Source: Campylobacteraceae bacterium (GTDB lineage Bacteria; Campylobacterota; Campylobacteria; Campylobacterales; Campylobacteraceae). From it: a stretch of 63,430 nucleotides of DNA. Made by a program: the position numbers and the translations under genes. The stretch lies in NCBI GenBank assembly GCA_031274495.1, contig JAISQB010000015.1, positions 1 through 63,430 on the forward strand, in the 5' to 3' direction. Shown in pieces: positions 1 through 8,336 of the stretch. The notes beneath the pieces were generated by a model. It was not told the origin of the DNA. It saw only the letters and a list, made by a program, of their open reading frames with translations, and did no database searches. Every line of letters begins with the position of its first letter. Positions within the stretch are counted from its first letter, which is position 1.

Positions 1-2
1 CA

Positions 3-1829
3 ACAAGTAGCGAACTTACAATCAATAATCATAAATTTAAAATATGGGATCAGAATATCACATCCGACGAGGTGGCATTTGCTTCTTTTAGCGGTTATAT
101 GTCATTTAGTGGGGAGATAACGGAACAATCTTTGAGGTTTTTAGGCAATGGGGCTAAAAATCTTCTCGGACAAAATATAAATGGCGTTTTTCAAATAGCT
201 GACGGTGTTATCACTGGTCTGTTTGACCGCAATATGAATCCTAATGAAAGCTTTAGTCAAATGTTTATAGAGAGAGGGTTAGAGTTAGCTGCTTCTGAAA
301 TAGGTATAAAATTAGGTACAAAGATAGGTACCCCCTACGGTGTTCCCGGTAAAATCACAGGAGCGGTTGCAGGAGCTGTAGTCGGTTCGGTTATCGGCGG
401 TGTAAACTCTGATGATTTTGGTAAAGTGCTTGACAAAATAGTCAATGATTTAGGCGACGATGTATTTGGGGCGCTTGTTACGACAAAATATGACAACAAC
501 AAAGAAAAGCTAATATTTTCCACCAACTCCGACACAAAACTTGCTATAGATAAGGTATGGGAAGGTGATGGTATGATGGGTTGGCATATAGAAAACAGTG
601 TGCCGTTTGAGTTTCGCTCCGCAAGGAATAAGCCGTTTTCTTTCTCTTTTAAAGATAATACTTTTAATTTTGAACATTGCTATTGGAGTAGTTTTGAGCG
701 CGATAGGGTTAATTATCAAGGGTTTAAGGGATTGCTTGAGCGCTTGCCTGTAAATGGATTTTCTATACAGACTATGGATGTAACCGGTGATAACGCGAAA
801 GTGATATATAATTTTCTATCCAAAGAGTGCACTAAAGAGCAAATTATAGATGCCGCCCGCTCAGGCGATAAGACCACACTGTACGCTTTGACACAATTTA
901 AAACGATTATCTTGGAGGGTGATAAAGATTTGATAGACCAAATCAACCCAAACGACTACTCCCAAACTTATCTCGAAAAACGAGCCCAAATGTTCTATAA
1001 CTACATCAATGAAAACAAAAGCACATCGCTTCCGACATATCACGATTTAAAAACAGGTACAACATTGCACAATGAGAGCACCTCAAGAACAACTGTATTA
1101 TTTGGTACTGACGGTGAGGATAAAAATTTATCTCACAAATTGAGCGGTTCATTCAATCGTTATATATTCGCGGAAAAGAGTAACGATACCATCAACCTAA
1201 CAAGCGGCACAAACTACATAGAGGGCGGAAAAGGCAATGATACGATAAACGGCGGTAGAGGCAGCGATACTTACTACTTTACTAAAGGCGATGGTAAGGA
1301 CACTATAATGGACAACGGAGGCGGCAAGGACACTATCCTTTTTGGCAAAGGTATAAGCAAAGACGATCTTTACATTAAAGCAGAAGATAATAATCTCATC
1401 ATAGCTATCAAAGAGGATGGAAAATCTTTTGATGAATTAAAAGATAGGATAACCATAAAAGATTGGCATAAAAAAGGAAATAAGATAGAGCAGATAAAGT
1501 TCGAGGATGATAAAAACACCACTCTTGATGAAAAGGATATATTGTCGTTGCGTAACGCCAATATTGTTATAAAAGAATACAAAGAGATAGATAGAAACAA
1601 CACTATAAAAGATGATAAAAGTTGCATTGGCACAACAGACGGCAAGCGTATTGTTGTTGAAAATATGAAGCCTTCTCTTGACATTAATATCAATAGAGCA
1701 AAGATAGAACCGCTCACTGAAACTACCCAAAAAACAATGGATGAAGCGATAAGAAAGTTTCTTGACTATAAGAACGAACAAGCCCAAATAAACAGCAAAA
1801 AAGACTCCGATAAAACAATGCAGAGATGA
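3..1829 (+). CDS. C-terminal part of a large RTX-type (hemolysin-type Ca-binding repeat) secreted protein; its 5' end lies outside the window
   Basis: The frame is open from nt 3, with no stop before the GTG at 72 used by the ORF track, so the gene is cut by the window edge. It has a glycine-zipper stretch (GKITGAVAGAVVGSVIGGV) and four GGxGxD-type nonapeptides (GGKGNDTIN, GGRGSDTYY, GDGKDTIMD, GGGKDTILF). These are followed by the ...ITIKDW...IEQIKFEDD module that usually trails RTX blocks. The C-terminal tail is charged and Cys-poor, consistent with a T1SS signal. Confidence 0.8.
   Translation, partial: TSSELTINNHKFKIWDQNITSDEVAFASFSGYMSFSGEITEQSLRFLGNGAKNLLGQNINGVFQIADGVITGLFDRNMNPNESFSQMFIERGLELAASEIGIKLGTKIGTPYGVPGKITGAVAGAVVGSVIGGVNSDDFGKVLDKIVNDLGDDVFGALVTTKYDNNKEKLIFSTNSDTKLAIDKVWEGDGMMGWHIENSVPFEFRSARNKPFSFSFKDNTFNFEHCYWSSFERDRVNYQGFKGLLERLPVNGFSIQTMDVTGDNAKVIYNFLSKECTKEQIIDAARSGDKTTLYALTQFKTIILEGDKDLIDQINPNDYSQTYLEKRAQMFYNYINENKSTSLPTYHDLKTGTTLHNESTSRTTVLFGTDGEDKNLSHKLSGSFNRYIFAEKSNDTINLTSGTNYIEGGKGNDTINGGRGSDTYYFTKGDGKDTIMDNGGGKDTILFGKGISKDDLYIKAEDNNLIIAIKEDGKSFDELKDRITIKDWHKKGNKIEQIKFEDDKNTTLDEKDILSLRNANIVIKEYKEIDRNNTIKDDKSCIGTTDGKRIVVENMKPSLDININRAKIEPLTETTQKTMDEAIRKFLDYKNEQAQINSKKDSDKTMQR
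1224..1346 (+). repeat. RTX nonapeptide (GGxGxDxUx) repeat block inside the partial CDS
   Basis: Four consecutive Gly/Asp-rich nonapeptides can be read directly from the translation. Confidence 0.8.
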
Positions 1830-1850
1830 TGTGATTTTAGGAGTTCATAA

Positions 1851-2408
1851 ATGGCAACAAGAATAGACATTGCGAACCATAGATATACACCCGCAAGAAT
1901 TATCCAAATGAGAATAAAAACATATATAATAATTGCTTTGACCGCTATGTTGTATTCAGGGTGCGCCATATTGTCGCCCGATAAAATACCAACTATTCCC
2001 TATGGGATGAAAATAGATTTAAGCAAAAGCGGCAATGTCTATGAAACAACGGTAAAAGTTAAAGAGAAAGCTCAATATTACTTTTTTTTAGGATTTGCGG
2101 TTGATGAATCTAATAAGACAGATAAAGATCAAATGTTTGATTTCTTAAGAGGTGCAAGATCTTTTTATAACAACACAACTATTCCCATAAAATTAACTAT
2201 TCGCAAAGCTGACGACAATGAGTTAATCATAGAAAAAATATATCAGACAAATGGGCTTTATTCTCACGGCAGCTCTTACATAAAGCGCGATATTAAGAGT
2301 TTTTCTTTAAAAAAAGGCATCTATAACATTAGGCTTGAAACGCTTAAAGATATACCGTTTTTAGAGGGAAGAGAGTTTTTCTTTAGCATCACAAATCCAA
2401 AAAGATAA
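1851..2408 (+). CDS. Hypothetical lipoprotein; possible cognate or immunity partner of the RTX protein
   Basis: A strong RBS (AGGAG) lies 8 nt upstream of the ATG at 1851. The signal peptide with lipobox is MRIKTYIIIALTAMLYSG-C, with an alternative start at 1908. The gene begins 22 nt after the RTX stop. I recognise no family. Confidence 0.6.
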   Translation: MATRIDIANHRYTPARIIQMRIKTYIIIALTAMLYSGCAILSPDKIPTIPYGMKIDLSKSGNVYETTVKVKEKAQYYFFLGFAVDESNKTDKDQMFDFLRGARSFYNNTTIPIKLTIRKADDNELIIEKIYQTNGLYSHGSSYIKRDIKSFSLKKGIYNIRLETLKDIPFLEGREFFFSITNPKR

Positions 2409-2419
2409 AGAGATAAAAG

Positions 2420-2752
2420 ATGTACACATTGACGGTTAAAATAGCAGGAGCCGGAACACCATTGGCAGACGGCGATAAATCCGTGGCGGGACATATGTGG
2501 TATTCAATTCACGATGGCAGCGATAATAAGCCGCTATCTTTTGGGTTTGGGAGCGCACACGGAAAATCATCTGATATCGGTGAGACTACCGAAAAAGATG
2601 ACAGTTATTATCTATCCACCATATACACAGGACAAATAGAGATAATTCAAGAACAGTACAATAAGCAAGCCAAAAACGCGATTTTGGCAAGTCTATTGAA
2701 AGGTGATGCATATCTTACCGCCAAACATAATCCGACTTTTGCTCGGTGGTAA
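2420..2752 (+). CDS. Hypothetical 110-aa protein
   Basis: The ORF starts 12 nt after the lipoprotein gene and has no signal peptide. It shows a ...VAGHMWYSI...SFGFG... pattern. The family is not recognised, and it could be the truncated N-terminus of a larger gene. Confidence 0.4.
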   Translation: MYTLTVKIAGAGTPLADGDKSVAGHMWYSIHDGSDNKPLSFGFGSAHGKSSDIGETTEKDDSYYLSTIYTGQIEIIQEQYNKQAKNAILASLLKGDAYLTAKHNPTFARW

Positions 2753-2758
2753 GTAAAA

Positions 2759-3175
2759 TTATGACACCGGCACCGCCGCTTGGACCAATTTGGCGAATTT
2801 TACACCTTTTAGTCCTGCTATCTTTTGTGCGAAGCTTATTATGTCGTCGGCTTTGCCTTTTAGCATTATCGTCTCGAGGCAATTTTCGTGGTTTACATGT
2901 ACATGTGTGTTGCACATTATGTGGACATTGGCGTCGTGTTGGATGTCTGTTATCTTTTGGACCAAATCATTTTGATGGTGCGTATATACGATACTTAAAA
3001 CGCCGATGACTTCGTCATATCCGCCCTCCCATTCGTCTTTGACTATCTTTTCTCGTATCAAATCCCTGATAAATTCGCTCCTTGAGACATAGCCCTGCTC
3101 GACGACCTTTTTGTCAAGCTCGTCTAAAAGTGGCTCGGGAAGTGAGATGGTGAATCGTATTATTTTATCAGTCAT
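2759..3175 (-). CDS. nikR: Nickel-responsive transcriptional regulator NikR
   Basis: The N-terminus is ribbon-helix-helix ([16 protein letters not shown]...[14 protein letters not shown]). The C-terminal metal-binding domain has the conserved His/Cys positions (YTHHQND...HD...HVHV). The gene sits next to the hyp/hyd genes. Confidence 0.92.
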   Translation of the reverse strand: MTDKIIRFTISLPEPLLDELDKKVVEQGYVSRSEFIRDLIREKIVKDEWEGGYDEVIGVLSIVYTHHQNDLVQKITDIQHDANVHIMCNTHVHVNHENCLETIMLKGKADDIISFAQKIAGLKGVKFAKLVQAAVPVS

Positions 3176-3229
3176 TTGTGCGCCTTAAATGAATATTTGT
3201 TGCATAATAGTATTAAAAAGCTTAATGTT

Positions 3230-5458
3230 TTATAAAATGTTCAACACATAAGCCATCTGCCCAAGCGCGATAGAGCTATCGTTTGACGATATAGTTCTCG
3301 CAAAAAAGAACTCCACCCGCTCCCCCTCCAACAGTTCCACTGTTTTTTCGACAAGCGTCCTGTTTTGAAAGACTCCCCCACCGAATACTACCTTCCTTTT
3401 TTTGCCCTGTTTACGGACTATATGCACTATAAGCGCGCTCAAAGTATTGATAAATTTTGAGGCGGCAACTCTTGGCTCATCTTGCAGCATACCGATAAAC
3501 CAGTTCGCATACTCTATCTCGCGCTTTTCGTTGATGACTATCTCGTAGCGCTCCTTTATATTTTTATCATACAAAGCCTCCAACATCAGACCGCTTTCCC
3601 CGTCATATGTCGTATTTTCAAGCCCCAAAATGATAGCCGCCGTCGCGTCAAAAAGCCTCCCCACCGAATGGCACAAAGAGGCGTTTATATCCTTTTCGTA
3701 GCTCTGCTCCAAAAGGTACCTCTCATCTTTTGAAAAGCTATCCAGATATTTTGCGACGCCCTCTTGGTTCTTGTGCCCGTACAAAATCGAAAAAGCTATC
3801 CTTTTGATGTTTTTCACGCTCTTTTCGCCGCCCAGCAGTTTAAACGGCGCGAAGGTAAAGACCCTCCTGTAGCTCTTCATATCGCACACAAAAAACTCGC
3901 CGCCCCAGACACTTCTGTCATCCCCAAGCCCAGTACCGTCCCACGCGATACCCAAGACCTCCTCATCTATGCCGTGCTCAAACATCACCGCCAAAATATG
4001 TGCGTAGTGGTGTTGCACCGAAACTATCGGCAGATTTTGCCGCCGCGCCCACATAGACGAGGCGTAATTGGGATGTATATCGCAGACCAACAGTTCGGGA
4101 CGAAAATCATAAAACCGCTTGAAATTTTCTATCACTTTTTCATACGCCTCGACGCTTGAGACACTATCCAGATCGCCGATATATGGGCTTAAAATCACAT
4201 TTTTACCGTCATATATAGCTATGGAGCTTTTTTGGTGTGCACCAAGGGAGAGTATCTTTTTTGAACTATTTTGTCGCGGTAAAAATGAGTTTGGCGCGAT
4301 ACCGCGTGATAGACGCAAAAATATCGGCATACCTTTGTCGGTAAATTGCACAACGCTATCGTCGCTGAAATTGATAATCTCCCTATCAAAATCGACATAA
4401 GAGCTGATAATGTCTTTAAGTTTATTTTCAAGTTCTTTGCCATCGGTGATGATAGGCTCGCCGCTGATATTGGCGGAGGTGGCTATGAGTGGTCTATCCA
4501 AAAGTTCCGCGATTCTCACAAGCAGCCCCGTGTATGACAAAAAGATACCAAGCTTATCGGTATGCGGTGCGATATCGCTGCTTAAAGTGCAATCTTCGCG
4601 TTTTCTTACAAGGACGATGGGGCTCTCACGCGATAGGAGCGCTTTTTTTTCAAACGATGTTATATCGCAATATTTTTTTGCCATCTCAATCGAACTCATC
4701 AAAATAGCAAAAGGCTTTGAAGGTCTGCGCTTTTTCTCTCTTAAAAGTTTCACCGTGGCGCTATTTTGGGCGTCGCAGATGATATGAAATCCGCCCATCC
4801 CTTTTAACGCGGCGATTTTGCCCGACTTTATCGCTTCGGCTAACTTTTCAAGTGCTTCTATGTCGGTTTTGACGCCATTTTCAAGGTCTACAAATGTTAT
4901 CTTTGGTCCGCATTTTGGGCAGGATATTGGCTGGGCGTGATAGCGGCGGTTGCGCGGGTCTTCGTACTCCGCCCTGCACTCTTCGCACATTTCAAAAACG
5001 CTCATAGATGTATTGATCCTATCATACGGGACGGTTTTGATGATGGAGTATCTGGGTCCGCAATTGGTGCAATTTATAAGCGGATAGTTAAAACGCCTGT
5101 TGTTTTTGTCCCTCATCTCTTCCAGACACTCGTCGCACAAAGACATATCCGGCGAGATGAGCGTGTTTTTAAAGGGCGATATTTCGCTCTTTAGGATTTT
5201 AAAATCGGTGAAATTTTTTAAAGGGGCGCTGTTTACGATAATCTTATCTATGCGAGCAAGCGGCGGGGGGTCGTTTTGGAGTTCGTGTTCAAACTTTTTT
5301 ATCTCCTCCTCTTCGCCCTCGACCTCCGCATAAACGCCCATCGAGCGGTTGTATACAAAACCTTTGAGCAGATATTTGCAAGCTATCTTAAAGACAAACG
5401 GACGAAATCCCACACCCTGCACCCTGCCTTCGATTTCGTATGTTTTGGCTGTTTTCAT
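3230..5458 (-). CDS. hypF: [NiFe] hydrogenase maturation carbamoyltransferase HypF
   Basis: It has an acylphosphatase-like N-terminus (YEIEGRVQGVGFRPFV). Two zinc-finger pairs are present (CDECLEEM..CTNCGPRYS, CEECRAEY..CPKCGP), followed by YrdC-like and Kae1-like domains. I place the start at the internal ATG at 5458, which forms an ATGA overlap with the stop of the upstream gene. The ORF-track start at 5509 adds 17 non-conserved residues. Confidence 0.93.
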   Translation of the reverse strand: MKTAKTYEIEGRVQGVGFRPFVFKIACKYLLKGFVYNRSMGVYAEVEGEEEEIKKFEHELQNDPPPLARIDKIIVNSAPLKNFTDFKILKSEISPFKNTLISPDMSLCDECLEEMRDKNNRRFNYPLINCTNCGPRYSIIKTVPYDRINTSMSVFEMCEECRAEYEDPRNRRYHAQPISCPKCGPKITFVDLENGVKTDIEALEKLAEAIKSGKIAALKGMGGFHIICDAQNSATVKLLREKKRRPSKPFAILMSSIEMAKKYCDITSFEKKALLSRESPIVLVRKREDCTLSSDIAPHTDKLGIFLSYTGLLVRIAELLDRPLIATSANISGEPIITDGKELENKLKDIISSYVDFDREIINFSDDSVVQFTDKGMPIFLRLSRGIAPNSFLPRQNSSKKILSLGAHQKSSIAIYDGKNVILSPYIGDLDSVSSVEAYEKVIENFKRFYDFRPELLVCDIHPNYASSMWARRQNLPIVSVQHHYAHILAVMFEHGIDEEVLGIAWDGTGLGDDRSVWGGEFFVCDMKSYRRVFTFAPFKLLGGEKSVKNIKRIAFSILYGHKNQEGVAKYLDSFSKDERYLLEQSYEKDINASLCHSVGRLFDATAAIILGLENTTYDGESGLMLEALYDKNIKERYEIVINEKREIEYANWFIGMLQDEPRVAASKFINTLSALIVHIVRKQGKKRKVVFGGGVFQNRTLVEKTVELLEGERVEFFFARTISSNDSSIALGQMAYVLNIL

Positions 5459-7089
5459 AGCTCTATGGGCAACTCTTTGTTGAAGCGCGCGCCGATATGT
5501 TTGACGCAAAGATTTGATATGGTTTTACTACCAAATAGCGAGCCCATCAGCAGGATATTTTTCACTTCAAAGTTCTCTTTGACCTTGTCCGCAAAATCGC
5601 TCAAAAAGTAGACCAAACTCTCCGCTATCCCGTACGATAAAAGCCCCTCGTCCACATCGGCTAAGCGAAAACTCATCACGCTTCTTATGAATTTGTGCGC
5701 GTTTAGGTTGGTCTTCACGCTCTTTTCATCCGCAAGTTTATAATCGACCCTTGGACCCTTTTGCCCGCCGAATGTCTCGATATTTTCAAACAATCTCTCC
5801 TGCGCGCTTTGCAAATCCTCGCCAAGCCCCATAATAAAAGCGGCGATACTCCAGAGATTTGCGATATTGTTTGCCCCATTTTCAAGCGAAATATTTTTTG
5901 CCCTCTCCATAATGAGCGGGAATTTTTCAGTGTAATTTTTTATAAGTCTTGAGCCCGTTTCATCCTCGTTGGCTATGTTGTCCAACATCTCTTTTAGCGA
6001 ATGTTCGTAAGTGATATTCACCATATCAAGAACGCCCGCTTTGTCGCTGTAGAACATAATCATATCGTCGTTTTTAAGGCTAAGATACGCGCCGCAATTT
6101 GCCTCGTCAAATAGTTCAAGCTCCCGCATAGTCGCCACAAACTGCATATGGCGCGGATTTTTGAGCTGTTTGAGAGAGTTTAAGAGTTCGGGCGCTGTAA
6201 AAGTTGTCCCTTTTAGGATGATATTTTGTCCGTTATCAAGGGCGCAGATTTGAAATGGAGCGTGAGCTTTTACCTCTTGCTCAAAGTATAAAACGGCGTC
6301 AGGTTCGCTGTGTTTCTCCTCCAAAACGACAAACTCCACGCCCTCTTCAAACAGAGCAACGCCAAGCAGATATAAAAATAGATCATTCGCCAGCGTGATA
6401 TCAAAAAAGCGGGGGAAATTTGTATGGTTTGAGGCAAAGATAAGATTGGTGTGCGTTTTAATGAGCGGCTTTTCAAGCGAAGCAAGAGCCGATATTTCGC
6501 TGTTTTTCAGAACGGCTATCTTGGAAGCCGCACTTAAATCCGTTAGCATAACGCTAAAGTTTTCATAACTTTTATCTTCTATCTTAGAAACGCCAAAATA
6601 TCCGTTTTTGGTCTTGATATTTAAGCGCCCGCCCTGCGCTACACTTTGTGCTGCCTTTACAAAAGCATCTTTGAAGTTATCATCGTATTTTTTGCGCTCA
6701 TTTTTACTCTCAAAATTAAGCGGTGCGTAGATGTCGGGGTTTAGACCTATCTCGTTTTTAGTGAACGGGTCAAACGCCGTGAGTGCGCTTTGGAGAGCTT
6801 TTTGCGTAAAGGGAAGCGTGACTTTGCATTCGGGTATATTGATAGCTTTGGAGGATTCCCACTGCTCTCCCGCTCGTACATTTACCTCTTTTAAAAAGAG
6901 TGAGAACGGCAGGGCGTTTGAGAGAGTATCGGAAAAATTTTTAAGCTCCTCTTCGCCGCCTTGCACATACAAAGAGATATTATCGCCCTCTTTTGTTATA
7001 TAGTGTTCCATATCTTTGGCGATATCGGTTAAAAAATTCTCCAAAACGCCGTTATTTGCGAAATATGTAAAATCATAAATTAGTATCAT
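5455..7089 (-). CDS. HydE-like hydrogenase-cluster protein; appears to be a degenerate HypF paralog lacking zinc fingers
   Basis: It lies between hydD and hypF, overlapping each by 4 nt. Several collinear patches match HypF (see finding). There are no CxxC pairs. Confidence 0.6.
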   Translation of the reverse strand: MILIYDFTYFANNGVLENFLTDIAKDMEHYITKEGDNISLYVQGGEEELKNFSDTLSNALPFSLFLKEVNVRAGEQWESSKAINIPECKVTLPFTQKALQSALTAFDPFTKNEIGLNPDIYAPLNFESKNERKKYDDNFKDAFVKAAQSVAQGGRLNIKTKNGYFGVSKIEDKSYENFSVMLTDLSAASKIAVLKNSEISALASLEKPLIKTHTNLIFASNHTNFPRFFDITLANDLFLYLLGVALFEEGVEFVVLEEKHSEPDAVLYFEQEVKAHAPFQICALDNGQNIILKGTTFTAPELLNSLKQLKNPRHMQFVATMRELELFDEANCGAYLSLKNDDMIMFYSDKAGVLDMVNITYEHSLKEMLDNIANEDETGSRLIKNYTEKFPLIMERAKNISLENGANNIANLWSIAAFIMGLGEDLQSAQERLFENIETFGGQKGPRVDYKLADEKSVKTNLNAHKFIRSVMSFRLADVDEGLLSYGIAESLVYFLSDFADKVKENFEVKNILLMGSLFGSKTISNLCVKHIGARFNKELPIEL

Positions 7090-7628
7090 CTATCGTCCGT
7101 TCCAAATTTATAAGCCTCATCTTGAATATCAAGGCTCTCTTCAACCGTGCAGGTTTCAAATCCAAGCTCTTTTAAATGTTTCAAAAGCACCCCCTCCATC
7201 ACCTTCGCCCCCTCTATCACGGGCTTTGTCAATTCCAGCGTAGTGCCCGCTACGACTTGGGGGATGATGCCTATTATCTTGGTTTTGGGTCTGTCACCCA
7301 CGATATCCATCATCGTCAATGTCTGGAGCATTTCGACCTCGTGCGCGCTTCCTTGCCACGAGATATGGTGCGGGATATCGTCAAAATCAAAAAAATAGAC
7401 ATCTCCTGCTTTCCCGTCATCCGCGCTTATGCAGTCTAATATGATGACATAATCATACCCGACTATTATCGGTATCAGCCTCTCAGCCAGCGTACCGCCG
7501 TCTATGAAATCAAGTGTGTGAACGGGAGAGTTAAAGTGATATTTTCGTTGTATGTATCGGCATAAATGGACCCCGATGCCTTCATCGGAGAACATTATAT
7601 TGCCGATACCAAGAAGTAGTATTTTCAT
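7086..7628 (-). CDS. hydD: Hydrogenase maturation endopeptidase (HydD/HyaD family)
   Basis: The N-terminus is MKILLLGIGNIMFSDEGIGVH and there is a DGGT motif. The gene lies directly downstream of hydC. Confidence 0.9.
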   Translation of the reverse strand: MKILLLGIGNIMFSDEGIGVHLCRYIQRKYHFNSPVHTLDFIDGGTLAERLIPIIVGYDYVIILDCISADDGKAGDVYFFDFDDIPHHISWQGSAHEVEMLQTLTMMDIVGDRPKTKIIGIIPQVVAGTTLELTKPVIEGAKVMEGVLLKHLKELGFETCTVEESLDIQDEAYKFGTDDR

Positions 7629-7636
7629 AAAACCTG

Positions 7637-8326
7637 TTAGTGGTTTTTGCGTTTAAATTTCAAACCACTGACAACAGCGTCTAACGCACCCTCTTTGCCT
7701 TTGATAGAGTTAAAGATAACCATATAAATATGTACGGGAACAAATATCAAAACGACCCACATAGCTATATGATGTATCACTCTTACATTAGCCAAACCGC
7801 CCATCAACGCTTCAAACCAGCGCATTATAGGATAAAGCGCGCCGCCAAGTCCGTCGTGGTAGATGTGTACATATAGTATAAGCCCTGTCAAGCTAAGGAG
7901 CGCGACCATAAGATATAGCATCACATACGCCGCGAATTGCAAAGGGTTATAGACACCTTTCAATCTCGGATGCTCGCCCAAAAATAGATAATATTTTATC
8001 TGCGCTATCCAAGCCTTAGGACTTACAAAATCTTTTGCCGAAACGATTTCAAGCTTTTCAACTTTACTTTTATCAAAGAAAAATATATAAGTCTTATATA
8101 TCGTGATGGCTATCAGTATAAAGCCGAATATCTCGTGTACCATTCTCATCTTCGCTTGTAAAAAGAGGGTCGGCTCGCTTGAGACTTCAGGTGCTACAAA
8201 AACATACGCGATATAAAATCCCGTAACCGTAAGTGCTATAATAGAAAAAAACCGTATCCAATGCACCCATCTTGTAGAGGCGGTGTATTCCGCTTCTACC
8301 TCTCTAACGAATAATTCTTTAGACAT
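7637..8326 (-). CDS. hydC: [NiFe] hydrogenase b-type cytochrome subunit
   Basis: It has four predicted TM helices with conserved His residues. It follows the large-subunit gene and is about 229 aa, typical of HydC/HyaC. Confidence 0.9.
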   Translation of the reverse strand: MSKELFVREVEAEYTASTRWVHWIRFFSIIALTVTGFYIAYVFVAPEVSSEPTLFLQAKMRMVHEIFGFILIAITIYKTYIFFFDKSKVEKLEIVSAKDFVSPKAWIAQIKYYLFLGEHPRLKGVYNPLQFAAYVMLYLMVALLSLTGLILYVHIYHDGLGGALYPIMRWFEALMGGLANVRVIHHIAMWVVLIFVPVHIYMVIFNSIKGKEGALDAVVSGLKFKRKNH

Positions 8327-8336
8327 ATTTTCCTCC

